Assembly: GCA_963662665.2 (NCBI GenBank) | Contig: CAXXJS010000008.1 | Coordinates: forward strand, 20,551 to 84,550 | Direction: 5' to 3' | DNA length: 64,000 bases | DNA from: Candidatus Latescibacterota bacterium | GTDB lineage: Bacteria; Latescibacterota; UBA2968; GCA-2709665 | Shown: positions 44,918 through 54,668 of the stretch, in pieces | How positions within the stretch are numbered: the stretch's first letter is position 1 | Layout of the letters: each line of letters opens with the position of its first letter | Position numbers and translations under genes: made by a program | The notes under the pieces: generated by a model | Seen by the model: only the letters and a program-made list of their open reading frames with translations | The model's database searches: none | What the model was told of the DNA's origin: nothing

Positions 44918-46186
44918 ATGATGAAACTGGCACAGCGTTTGGTTTCTCACGTGATGCCCCCCCGTGCGATGATTGCAGGGTTGCTGCTGGCGACCTCTGG
45001 CATGGCCTGTGTGGGCGGGCAGGATGCCCCGGAGCCGGATGACGGCGGAAGGGCGTCGCACCTGGCAACGGCGCGGGAAGAAGGCCAAGCGGACCCCGGT
45101 TTTTCCGACGACCACGTCCTTTTTGGTCAATCCGCCGCGTTCACCGGGCCTGCCCGGGAATTGGGCAAAGCGATGCGCCTGGGAATTGAGGCGGCATTCC
45201 ACGAGGCCAATCGGGAAGGAGGCGTCCATGGCCGCGAACTGAAGCTCAAGGCGTTGGACGACGGCTACGAAACCGACTTTGCCGCTTCCAATACGCAACA
45301 CTTGATTGAGAACGATAGGGTATTCGCGCTGATCGGAGCGGTGGGCACACCCACGTCCCGCGCCGCATCACCGCTCGCCCGGGCTGCCGGGGTGCCCTTC
45401 CTGGCTCCGTTCACGGGGGCCGAGTTCCTGCGCGACCGGGAGTTGGACAATGTGCTCAACGTCCGGGCATCGTACTACCAGGAAACCGAGGAGATGGTGG
45501 CGCGACTCACCGGGGATCTGGGGATCACCCGCGTTGCCGTCCTCTATCAGGATGATTCCTTCGGCTTGAACGGGCTGGAGGGCGCGCGATTGGCGCTGGA
45601 GCGCCGGGGCCTGGAGCCGGTAGCGGCCTCTCACTACCCACGCAATACCCGTGCTGTGAAGGGCGCCGCGCTCAAAATCACCGCGGCCAATCCGGAAGCG
45701 GTGATCATGATTGGCTCGTACATGCCGGTGGTCAAGACTATAGAGTTGGTACGGCGGGACCTGGACCCGGTATTCATGACGGTTTCCTTCGTGGGGAGCA
45801 ACGCTTTCGCGAACGAGTTGGGGCCCGACGGGGCCGGTGTATACGTCACGCAGGTCGTTCCCCTCCCCCATGATGAAAACATCCCCGTGGTGGCTCGATA
45901 CCACAGCGCCCTCTCCGAGTACGACCCTCAGGCGGAACCCGGTTTCGTCTCGTTGGAAGGCTATCTGGCCGGACGCCTGGCCGTCGCCGGTCTTAATGCC
46001 TGCGGCCCCGCCCTGAGTCGAGAGTGCCTTCTCCACGCGGTGCGGGATGCCGGCGTAATAGAAATCGACGGCATGCAGCTCAAATACGGGCCGGACGATA
46101 ACCAGGGATCCAACGCGGTGTTCCTGACCGTGATTGGTCCGGACGGCAAGTACCACGGGGTCGAAAAACTGAGAGGCCCGCACTAA
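44918..46186 (+). CDS. ABC transporter substrate-binding protein (branched-chain amino acid type)
   Basis: GQSAAFTGP, GGVHGR, LDDGYE, VGTPT, RASY. Confidence 0.88.
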   Translation: MMKLAQRLVSHVMPPRAMIAGLLLATSGMACVGGQDAPEPDDGGRASHLATAREEGQADPGFSDDHVLFGQSAAFTGPARELGKAMRLGIEAAFHEANREGGVHGRELKLKALDDGYETDFAASNTQHLIENDRVFALIGAVGTPTSRAASPLARAAGVPFLAPFTGAEFLRDRELDNVLNVRASYYQETEEMVARLTGDLGITRVAVLYQDDSFGLNGLEGARLALERRGLEPVAASHYPRNTRAVKGAALKITAANPEAVIMIGSYMPVVKTIELVRRDLDPVFMTVSFVGSNAFANELGPDGAGVYVTQVVPLPHDENIPVVARYHSALSEYDPQAEPGFVSLEGYLAGRLAVAGLNACGPALSRECLLHAVRDAGVIEIDGMQLKYGPDDNQGSNAVFLTVIGPDGKYHGVEKLRGPH

Positions 46187-46219
46187 AGCCCCCAAACGGC
46201 ACCTACGGAGAACCTCAAG

Positions 46220-47914
46220 ATGTCCATGGATGGCTTCTCGCTCCAAAATATAGTGGAACTGTTCAGTTTCGGTGGACACACGAATGAACTGCACCAATCG
46301 GTGTTGACTCTCGGGATGCTCATCATCGTTGCCAAGTTGGCCGAGGGCGCTTTTCGCAGGCTGCGGTTGAACGCCATCATCGCCTATGCGGCGACAGGTA
46401 TGTTTCTCGGGCCGGTCATGGAACTGACCGGCGTCTGGTGGATCGAGTCTTCGCTGCACCTCCAGCTGGTTTTGGCGCTGGGTGTGTTCATATTTTTTTT
46501 CCTGATCGGCCTGGACGAGGTGGATATTTCCAGCTTCATGGCGTCCCTCAAAGGCCATTACTTCCTCGCGGCCGTTCTGTCCGTGATCGTGTCGCTAAGC
46601 ATTTCGATGCTGGTCACCACCAATTTGGTTTTCGATTTCGGACTGAAACTGAATTTCACCGAGTCGCTGGCGTTGGCCGGCGTGCTGTCGATGACCAGTC
46701 TGGGCATCGTGGCCAAAGTGCTGACAGACGGCGGATACCTGAAACAACCGGTTGGACTGCAGATTTTCACGGTGGTGATCATCGCCGAGTTGATTGCCCT
46801 GCTGCTGATCGGCTTCAGCATCGGCGAACACGCCCACCAGGTTTCGCCTGTCGGCATACTGATCCTGCTGGGCAAAGTGGCCGGTTTTTCGGTGGTGACC
46901 TGGGTATTGTCGTCGCGGGTGCTGCCGCCGCTGGTGGCGCTGTTGCAGCGGGTGATCCAGGTGCCGCAACTCTCCCTTGGTTTGCTGCTTGGCATGCTCT
47001 TCCTGATCGTGTATTGCGCAGAAGCAGTGGGACTCCACGGCTCACTGGGTGCTTTACTGTTCGGGGCGTCGCTGTCGAACCTTCCCTACCAGGTGCATCG
47101 GGAGATCATCCCGGGGATTCGCAGCGTGGCCGAGGGGTTTTTCGTGCCTCTCTTCTTTGCTTCCGCCGGATTGAGCTTCAGCTTTACCTTCGCAACCTTG
47201 CCGCTGGGGGCAATGGCGGGGTTGGCGCTGATTCCGTTACTCGGCAACTTCACCGGCGCTTTCATCGGCGCTTACGTGTCCCGCCTCGCCGTTCCCTACG
47301 CCGTGGCCACCGGGCTGATGGGTAAGGGAGTGGCTGAAATCGCGCTGCTGCTGGTAATGTGGGGATCCGGAATTATAGACGAGGCGGTTTTCTCATTCCT
47401 GGTGCTGGTCATGTTCTGCTACATCCTGTTCATGCCGTCGGTGATCAACTTCGCGGTGAGCCGGGCCAGCCGCAGGACCGACCTGCCAGCGCAACTTGAC
47501 GACATTCCGTCGGGAATCGTCCGCTTCGCGCTGGAAGACATCAGAATTGATGACATTCTGGACCGCTCACATCCGCATCCTGCGTCTTCGGTCACAGTGC
47601 GTGATTTCACGGAGCAGTGGATCGTTCCGCACCAGCCCCACTACGTCGTGGCAGACAAGGAAGCCCTGGTCGGGATCGTGTCCCTGGAGATGCTTCGTTA
47701 CCTGCCTAAGGACGATTGGGACAAGACCCGGCTCGACGCTGTGGTACGCCGCCAGACACCACTGGCCTGGCCTGATGAGCAAGTCGAAGACGTGCTGCAG
47801 CGTATGTCAGAGAGTTCACTTTCCGTCATGCCGGTCGTGGAAAGGGAATCGGAAAAGTTTTTGGGCGCGGTCACCAACAACGACATCATCCAGCTCATGA
47901 CCAGGAATTATTAG
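46220..47914 (+). CDS. Cation:proton antiporter (CPA2) with C-terminal CBS domains
   Basis: About 12 TM helices, TSLGIVAKVL, FFVPLFFAS.G, C-terminal CBS pair. Confidence 0.88.
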   Translation: MSMDGFSLQNIVELFSFGGHTNELHQSVLTLGMLIIVAKLAEGAFRRLRLNAIIAYAATGMFLGPVMELTGVWWIESSLHLQLVLALGVFIFFFLIGLDEVDISSFMASLKGHYFLAAVLSVIVSLSISMLVTTNLVFDFGLKLNFTESLALAGVLSMTSLGIVAKVLTDGGYLKQPVGLQIFTVVIIAELIALLLIGFSIGEHAHQVSPVGILILLGKVAGFSVVTWVLSSRVLPPLVALLQRVIQVPQLSLGLLLGMLFLIVYCAEAVGLHGSLGALLFGASLSNLPYQVHREIIPGIRSVAEGFFVPLFFASAGLSFSFTFATLPLGAMAGLALIPLLGNFTGAFIGAYVSRLAVPYAVATGLMGKGVAEIALLLVMWGSGIIDEAVFSFLVLVMFCYILFMPSVINFAVSRASRRTDLPAQLDDIPSGIVRFALEDIRIDDILDRSHPHPASSVTVRDFTEQWIVPHQPHYVVADKEALVGIVSLEMLRYLPKDDWDKTRLDAVVRRQTPLAWPDEQVEDVLQRMSESSLSVMPVVERESEKFLGAVTNNDIIQLMTRNY

Positions 47915-48861
47915 CCCCAATTTGAAAAAACAGCAACGCGGCGACGCGACGAAAACCCCTTAAACGGGGCGTAACGGTCGTCAAAAAGGACGTTTTTTCA
48001 GTTCACGTCCAGTGACCTGGTGTATCCTGGCAATCCGAAGTCAAATCGCCTTTATCTACTTGCATTTATTCGGTTTTACTTCCCCGAAGAAGTAGAGTCG
48101 AGATGTGGCGCGGTGGTTTAGGAGTGGCCTGTCTGTTCCCGCCCCTTTCGTCTGGCGGTGCCTCAATAGCCCCTCCCTGCTCCGTTTCCACATCCCGCTC
48201 GTCGAACCGGACGTGCGGAGTTACCGCATCCGGCTCTCCGACGGACATCGCCTTCAGGTACACACTGCCCGATCTGCCCGGACAGCTTCACCTGAAACCT
48301 TAGCTTGATCTGGAGTCGCCTCGTCTTATTCTGGAGGAGGTTATAGGCTTGCGCCACTCTCCCGACAGTTGTCCCCTTCACAAGCACATCCGAAGTCAGG
48401 CCCCTTTCCTCCGCCGGCGTTACCCGGCATCACAGGTACTACGAGCCTGTCCGCCACCCCATACGGCCCGGCCTGGCCCTCACGGGCTTCCGGTTGGTGG
48501 CTCTCCACCACCGCTGGGGCTTCCCGTGTTGCGTCGGATCTCCTTGTATGCGTGCCTCCGCCATTACCCCGGCGGGACCGTTGGGTGCTCTCGTTGCCTG
48601 CTTCCCCAACGACGGCGGCCTTCCCCGTTCGCAAGCCGGGTCGGCTCCCGCATTACCCTTTTCGAGGCCTGCTCAGCGTTTACTCACGTTTCAGCCCACA
48701 TACTCGCCGAGTCGCCTGGCGACCCTCTACACCGGAGGCTTCGGAGATGTCGTTACCTACGTCTCCGCTCCGATTGCTTCCGACTGTGGCAACATCTGTC
48801 GGGTGGGACTCTCACCCACTGAAGTTCCGCGCCTTTTCACGGCGCACTAGCGAATCGAGGT
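47914..48861 (+). mobile_element. 192-bp MITE-like element (family C) split by a group II intron
   Basis: 47914-48091 plus 48848-48861 total 192 bp and match the reverse complement of 34679-34870; flanked by TA on both sides. Confidence 0.75.
48092..48847 (-). mobile_element. ORF-less group II intron (756 nt)
   Basis: 5' end GTGCG; domain V GAGAGCCGGATGCGGTAACTCCGCACGTCCGGTTCG; domain VI ending CTCGACTCTAC; only a short remnant of an RT ORF in domain IV. Confidence 0.9.
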
Positions 48862-48916
48862 TAAATCTTCGACGAGGCAGGAAGCATTCCCGTCGCGTCG
48901 ACTGCAGGGCGATGCG

Positions 48917-49555
48917 ATGAAGCTCGTCACTCAACTGAACCATGAAGAAGAATTCAAACGGTCCTGGGCCGACCCGGGCAACACCCGAATCGAGCTGCCA
49001 CCGGTTGACGTCAATCTGGTTCTCGCCCGGTATTACCGCACGAATGAACCGCTCAGGTTTACCCGGACCATGCTGTGGGACATGGAAGCCAAGAAGGCGT
49101 TCCGTCCCGATCTCTATATTCCGTCTGTCGTATCGGCGGGCAGCTCCTGCTATTGGGGTTGGCAGGCGGCGGCCGACGGAGCCGAGTCCTTCGTGCGGTG
49201 CTCGCGGCAACGCTTCCGGCTCAGGCCGTCAGAGCGCGGTCTGGTCCTCGAACAGGTTCTCCTTAATCCGGCGCGGCAGAGTGCCACTTTCATCGGGACA
49301 GCGGAACTCCTCGACGAGGACGGGAACCTGCTTCGAGCAGGAGCACGGCAGCCTCTCTTTCACGTTGAGCATTCGGTCGAGGGTGATGAGTTGAGACCTC
49401 TTAACCTGTGGCGCATCGTCTACCTCACGGACAAACCCCAGCAGGAACTGTTCGACCGGTTTAGGCTTGCAAAGGACGTGTGGCTGCGCGAGTTCGTCGA
49501 AATCTACATCCGGCGGGACTTGAAGATCGACTTGACCCGCAGGAGAGCCACATAG
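48917..49555 (+). CDS. Hypothetical protein, DUF1857/SRPBCC-like
   Basis: FTRTMLWDME.KKA..P..YIP resembles DUF1857; translationally coupled to the downstream gene. Confidence 0.55.
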   Translation: MKLVTQLNHEEEFKRSWADPGNTRIELPPVDVNLVLARYYRTNEPLRFTRTMLWDMEAKKAFRPDLYIPSVVSAGSSCYWGWQAAADGAESFVRCSRQRFRLRPSERGLVLEQVLLNPARQSATFIGTAELLDEDGNLLRAGARQPLFHVEHSVEGDELRPLNLWRIVYLTDKPQQELFDRFRLAKDVWLREFVEIYIRRDLKIDLTRRRAT

Positions 49556-50470
49556 ATGGAGATCCGGGATATCCGCCACGTGGGGTTGCTGTCGCCGGCG
49601 ATCGCGGCCCAAGCCGACTTCCACCTCAAGGTGCTGGGACTCCAGTCGGCCGGAGAAGACCGGCACGCACAATATCTCCGCTCCGCGTCGGCAGAGCACC
49701 ACGTTCTCAGCCTGCATCCGGCCGAACGGCGGGGGCTCCACCACCTGGCCTTCAGCCTTGACGGACGCGAAGCCATCGACGCGGCGGCAACCGAACTCGA
49801 ACGGCGGGGAATAACCCTCCTGGCGCAGCCGGACGACCTGGACGAACCCGGCGGCGGATACGGGCTGCGGTTTCTCGATCCGGAGAACCGTTGCATCGAA
49901 CTGTCGGCCGACGCGACCGAACACCCAAACGGCCGGTCTACCGCGAAAGTCGGCCCCCGCCGGTTGTGCCACGTGGGTCTCAACACGCCGCGGTTCGAGC
50001 AGATCGTGGCGTTCTACACCGATTTTCTCGGGTTTCGTGTCTCAGACCGGATAGAGAACCAGATGGCCTTCCTGCGATGCGGCCGGAGACATCATGTCGT
50101 TGTCTTCAATCGCGCCGATTACGCATCGGTCCACCATGTCGCGTACGTGATGACGAACGTGGACGACGTGATGAAAGGGGTCTCCAACCTGCGCGGACGG
50201 GGGCAGGAACCCGACTGGGGACCGGGGCGTCACGGCCCGGGCAACAACATCTTCTGCTACTACAGGGATCCGGCTGGATACGTGGTCGAATTCTCCAGCG
50301 ATTTGGAGTACATCGAAGACGAAGCGACCCACAAGCCCGAGGTGTGGCGACGGGTGCCGGAAACGGCGGATCTATGGGGTACCGCCGGGCCGCCCGGCCC
50401 CAATGTTCGGAGGGCGATGGCCGGCGACCCTGATCCGGGCTGGGGGGTGCAGGACATCACCACGGATTGA
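49556..50470 (+). CDS. VOC family extradiol dioxygenase-like protein
   Basis: Two VOC domains; LCHVGL, RHH, VHHVAY, GPGRHGPGNN.F.Y..DP.G..VE. Confidence 0.88.
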   Translation: MEIRDIRHVGLLSPAIAAQADFHLKVLGLQSAGEDRHAQYLRSASAEHHVLSLHPAERRGLHHLAFSLDGREAIDAAATELERRGITLLAQPDDLDEPGGGYGLRFLDPENRCIELSADATEHPNGRSTAKVGPRRLCHVGLNTPRFEQIVAFYTDFLGFRVSDRIENQMAFLRCGRRHHVVVFNRADYASVHHVAYVMTNVDDVMKGVSNLRGRGQEPDWGPGRHGPGNNIFCYYRDPAGYVVEFSSDLEYIEDEATHKPEVWRRVPETADLWGTAGPPGPNVRRAMAGDPDPGWGVQDITTD

Positions 50471-50539
50471 CTGTCGAACGGTCTGGCAACGCCAGACAAC
50501 CAGGGGCGTAACCTTGTCGCTAACCCCGGGGAGGCGTCC

Positions 50540-51415
50540 ATGCAGTTGCTCTTCTACAACGACTACACACTTGGCGTCCTGAAAGACGGCAGGGTCTTCG
50601 ACGCGAGTTCAGCCGTGGATCACGTCGACATCCTGCCGCCGGAAGCGGTGATGGAGCAGGTCATCACCGGATTCGACGAACTCCGGCCCAGGCTCGAGGC
50701 CGCGACTGCCGGCGATGGCGAGGGCCTCGACATGGTGCGGGTGCGCGTGCCGCTGCCGAGGCCGCACAACGTGCTCTGCGCCTTCTCCAACTACCTCGAC
50801 CGCGAGGGCGCGGTGCGAGGCGCACTCGACTTCTTCTACAAGGGAACGAGCAGCGTCATCGGCTGCGGCGACACCGTCCACATTCCCGATATCCCGGAGG
50901 CGCAGGTCTTTCAGGCCGAGGCGGAGTTCGCCTATGTCATCGGCAAGCCAGCCAGAAACGTGTCCATGGACGACGCCCTCTCGCACGTGTTCGGCTACAC
51001 CAACTTCGTTGACGTCTCCGCCCGCGCCATTCCCAACCGCCGCACGACCTTCCTGAGCAAGGGGCAGGAGACGTGGGGCCCCATGGGACCGTTCATCACC
51101 ACCGCCGACGAAGTCGCCGACCCGCAGGACGTCCACGTCCGGTCATGGATCAACGGAGAGTTGAAGCAGGACTACAGCACTTCGGCCATGGCCTACAGCG
51201 TGGCCGAGCAGATCGCCTGGCTCTCGCAGTACCTCACGCTCGTTCCGGGCGACGTCATATCGTGCGGCACGCACCACGTGGGCCTCTGGCCCATCAACGA
51301 CGGCGACACCGTGGAGGTGGAGGGCCGCGGCCTCGGACGCCTGCACTTCAACATACGGTCCTTAAGCCCGAAGAAAACGGAGAACTGGCTGCCGCCGGGC
51401 GTGCGCGGCGCATGA
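50540..51415 (+). CDS. Fumarylacetoacetate hydrolase family protein
   Basis: EAEFA.VIGK, GYT..DVSAR, K...T.GP.GP, L.PGDVI..GT. Confidence 0.9.
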   Translation: MQLLFYNDYTLGVLKDGRVFDASSAVDHVDILPPEAVMEQVITGFDELRPRLEAATAGDGEGLDMVRVRVPLPRPHNVLCAFSNYLDREGAVRGALDFFYKGTSSVIGCGDTVHIPDIPEAQVFQAEAEFAYVIGKPARNVSMDDALSHVFGYTNFVDVSARAIPNRRTTFLSKGQETWGPMGPFITTADEVADPQDVHVRSWINGELKQDYSTSAMAYSVAEQIAWLSQYLTLVPGDVISCGTHHVGLWPINDGDTVEVEGRGLGRLHFNIRSLSPKKTENWLPPGVRGA

Positions 51416-51422
51416 CGCGGGC

Positions 51423-51479
51423 GACTTCGTGGACGCGTGGGGCAAGGTGACGAATCTCGATCGCTTCCAACTTCCATAG
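51423..51479 (+). pseudogene. Remnant of a katG 3' end
   Basis: Encodes DFVDAWGKVTNLDRFQLP*; 40 of 45 nt identical to 42690-42734. Confidence 0.75.
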
Positions 51480-51497
51480 TCTCAGGGGGATTCGACC

Positions 51498-52637
51498 ATG
51501 ATTGAATTGCTTGGTATCGGCCACTTCTTCGAACTTTCACAGGCGGAAGCGATTGCGGGGTTTTTCACCCCGCTGGCTGTCTTCGCCGTGTTCTTCCTGG
51601 TGCAGCTCATCCTGCCCGGAAAGTGGGTCCCCGGCTACGTCATCAATCCGGAAACCGGCGAGCCGCGCAAATATCGGTTGAACGGAATACTGGTATTTGC
51701 AATCGCGCTGATCGTCTGGGCCTTTGAGCTTACGGGGATGCCGCGCGACTGGTTTTACCGGTCATCGATCTATGCAGTGGCAGGCGGAACGGTCTTCACC
51801 ACTATATTTACAATCGTAGCGGTGTTCACGCAGCCGCAAGGAAGGATAAAGAACCCGCTCGTGGCGCTTTGGATCGGGCGGGTCCAGGAGTTGTCGTTCT
51901 TCAACGACCGCTTTGACGTGAAGATGTATTTCTACGTGGTCGGCGGGACGATGCTGTCGCTCAATGCCATGTCCGGCGCCGCGTATCACTACGAACTGTT
52001 TGGCGAAAACGCCAATCCGGGCGTGTTCCTGTTTGCGGCATTTCTTACGTTCTACGTCCTGGACTACTTCGTCTTCGAGCGCGTCCAGCTGTATACGTAC
52101 GACCTTATTCATGAACATCTCGGCTTCAAGATGTTCTGGGGCGGTCTCATTGTGTACGGTTGGCTCTACATCGTCCCGATGTGGGGTATGGCCGCTTACC
52201 CGGACCCCGGATTCTCGCCCGGCTGGACGAATGTCTGGCTCATCGGAACCCCCGCGCTTTTTCTGATTGGCTGGGGCATCTCGCGCGGCGCCAATATGCA
52301 GAAATACACATTCAAGCGATGGCCCGAGCGCAAGTTTCTGGGTCTCATCGAACCTGAGTACATCGAGGCCGGCGACCGCAAGATTCTGTGCAGCGGTCTA
52401 TGGGGTGTCGCACGCCACTTCAACTACCTGGGCGAGGGATTCCTTTCCCTGTCGATCGCCCTGGTATTCGGTCATTTCACGATCCCCTGGGCCTGGACGT
52501 ACTTCGTCTTCATTGTCACGTTGTTCACCATACGCCAGGTTCAGGACGACCGGCGCTGTGCCGAGAAATACGGCCCCGAAGAGTGGGCGGAGTATCAGGC
52601 GCGGGTGAAGTATCGGATTATTCCTGGTATTTATTAA
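51498..52637 (+). CDS. ERG4/ERG24 family sterol reductase-like membrane protein
   Basis: Y.LNG, D...E..GF, AN.QK..FK, LL.SG.WG.ARH.NY.GE-like motif, DD.RC..KYG..W..Y..RV.YRIIPGIY. Confidence 0.88.
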   Translation: MIELLGIGHFFELSQAEAIAGFFTPLAVFAVFFLVQLILPGKWVPGYVINPETGEPRKYRLNGILVFAIALIVWAFELTGMPRDWFYRSSIYAVAGGTVFTTIFTIVAVFTQPQGRIKNPLVALWIGRVQELSFFNDRFDVKMYFYVVGGTMLSLNAMSGAAYHYELFGENANPGVFLFAAFLTFYVLDYFVFERVQLYTYDLIHEHLGFKMFWGGLIVYGWLYIVPMWGMAAYPDPGFSPGWTNVWLIGTPALFLIGWGISRGANMQKYTFKRWPERKFLGLIEPEYIEAGDRKILCSGLWGVARHFNYLGEGFLSLSIALVFGHFTIPWAWTYFVFIVTLFTIRQVQDDRRCAEKYGPEEWAEYQARVKYRIIPGIY

Positions 52638-52674
52638 AACAGCTATCAGCCAGACCTCTCCCCCGACCCCTCAA

Positions 52675-52809
52675 AGGCGGGGAGAGGGGAGACGGAAGAG
52701 GGGAGAGATTACCTGCCCCGTGCGGTTTCATTTCTTGCCGGTGGCATTAAGGACGAACCAATCGGGCAAGGATGTCTTCTCCCGTCTCACCTCTACCGTC
52801 TCACCGCTT
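52675..52809 (+). repeat. Repeat family B, copy 4
   Basis: GGTTTCATTTCTTGCCGGTGGCAT core identical to copy 1. Confidence 0.7.
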
Positions 52810-52826
52810 TTAAAGGAACTGCATTG

Positions 52827-53726
52827 ATGATAAGGCTTTTCTTTATTGCCTTCGTGGCGTTGACGAGCCTGTTTTCCTGTTCAGGAAATGACGATGTGCC
52901 GCTCGATGCGCCGGAGACATCCGGTCTCTTTACACGGACGATATCTCATAACGGCATAACAAGAGAATATATCGTGTATGTGCCGGATTCTTATGGTGGA
53001 GATGCACGAGTCCCGCTGATGCTCAACTTTCACGGATACGGTCAGAGGGCAACCCGGTATTTGAGATTCGCGGATATGCGGTCTCTGGCGGATACCGACA
53101 ATTTCATACTGGTATATCCTCAAGGCACCCTGCTGAATGGAGACCCGCACTGGAACGCCGGCCTGAAATCCGACACCAACAAGAGCGATGCGGACGATTT
53201 CGGCTTTGTGGAAGCGCTGATCGATGAGATCTCTTCCGACTATTACATCGATCCGGCGAGAGTTTACGCATGCGGTTACTCGAACGGCGCTTTTTTTTCG
53301 TACGCGCTTGCCTGCTACCACAGTGATAAAATAGCGGCTATTGGTTCCGTTGCCGGAACGATGATGGAGGAGACATACAACAACTGTAACCCGTCACGTC
53401 CCACGGCGATGATAAATATTCATGGCACATCAGACGCCATTGTCCCGTATGGCGGGGCCGCGGGACTGAAGTCCATTGACGACGTGCTTGCGTATTGGAC
53501 AGGCTTCAACAATACCGGCGCAACGCCCACGGTGAATCGCATCACCGATGGCGCAACAACGATTGAACGCCATTCCTATTCGGATGGAGATAAAAATACC
53601 TCCGTTGAGCATTTTAAGGTCATCAACGGAGGTCACGTCTGGTTCGATATCAACCACGACGGCGCCAATACAAGCGCGCTGATCTGGAATTTTGTGTCAA
53701 GATACGATATTGATGGATTGAGGTAA
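52827..53726 (+). CDS. PHB depolymerase/LpqC family esterase, lipoprotein
   Basis: Lipobox LFSC, FHGYG, GYSNG nucleophile motif, HGTSD, GGH.W. Confidence 0.88.
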   Translation: MIRLFFIAFVALTSLFSCSGNDDVPLDAPETSGLFTRTISHNGITREYIVYVPDSYGGDARVPLMLNFHGYGQRATRYLRFADMRSLADTDNFILVYPQGTLLNGDPHWNAGLKSDTNKSDADDFGFVEALIDEISSDYYIDPARVYACGYSNGAFFSYALACYHSDKIAAIGSVAGTMMEETYNNCNPSRPTAMINIHGTSDAIVPYGGAAGLKSIDDVLAYWTGFNNTGATPTVNRITDGATTIERHSYSDGDKNTSVEHFKVINGGHVWFDINHDGANTSALIWNFVSRYDIDGLR

Positions 53727-53771
53727 TCAGTCGGGGCCAGGCGACTCAAACAACGGGAGCTTAACTTCAAA

Positions 53772-54479
53772 ATGAAAGCTGGAATATCACAAGAATTCCA
53801 AAGATTACTGGACTCTGTGAAGGAAAAGTACAACGATCCTGCAGAACTTGAAATCCGAAAAGAAGAACTAAAAATCGGTATCAGAGAGGAAGAACAAGCG
53901 TTTGTTGGAAAGTACCCAGAAGACAGCCGCCTGTTAGACATCGGATGCGCGACGGGACGATTGTGCTTTGCACTTGCGCGGCTTGGATACAACGTCACCG
54001 GTATTGACGTCGCCAAGAAACAGATTGAGCAGGCCCGGCGAATTGCCGAAAACAATCGCATCAACGTGGCATTTCTACAATATGAAATGCCGACTCTGCC
54101 ATTTTCCGATGCGTCATTTGCCGCTGCATTTATGCGAAACGTTTATTGTTATGTCCCGCACCGTGCATCAAGATTCGCATTTTTGGAAGAGGTCGCGCGT
54201 GTGTTGGATCCGAACGGCGAAGTCTTGATGTCTCAGACAGTCCTGGATTCTGTACTCGATGATTACGAAGAGGTTTACGATGACAACCATCGTAAATTTG
54301 CCCCCAACTATCACACCCTGGAAGAAGGGGACGGATTCGCTCTGGGAGCACCACACTATCTGCATTTTTTCTTCGCTGAAGATCTGTCAGCAGAACTGAA
54401 AGCATCACCGTTTCAGGTTGTCAATTCAGTTTTCAAGAAAGAAGAATTCACATGCGTTTTGAGGAAGCGAAACTCTTGA
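53772..54479 (+). CDS. Class I SAM-dependent methyltransferase
   Basis: LLDIGCATGR, VTGID, LPFSDASF. Confidence 0.85.
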   Translation: MKAGISQEFQRLLDSVKEKYNDPAELEIRKEELKIGIREEEQAFVGKYPEDSRLLDIGCATGRLCFALARLGYNVTGIDVAKKQIEQARRIAENNRINVAFLQYEMPTLPFSDASFAAAFMRNVYCYVPHRASRFAFLEEVARVLDPNGEVLMSQTVLDSVLDDYEEVYDDNHRKFAPNYHTLEEGDGFALGAPHYLHFFFAEDLSAELKASPFQVVNSVFKKEEFTCVLRKRNS

Positions 54480-54668
54480 GGTGTTCACGCTTTTTATCCA
54501 TGCAATGCTGTAGCGATTTGTACTGAATCAGTGCGACGACCGCACTTTCACCAAGGTCTTTCCACGCATCGTGGTTGGGCTCCGTCGAACAGGTTGCTTA
54601 ACAAGAGTATGGATATGCGGATCCCAGCGGGTCCATTGAGAGCCTCTATTGAGCATTCTTGGATTTCC

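Noticed and set aside
48105-48920. ORFs overlapping the intron
   Set aside because: Spurious translations of structured intron RNA; no RT (YADD) motifs.
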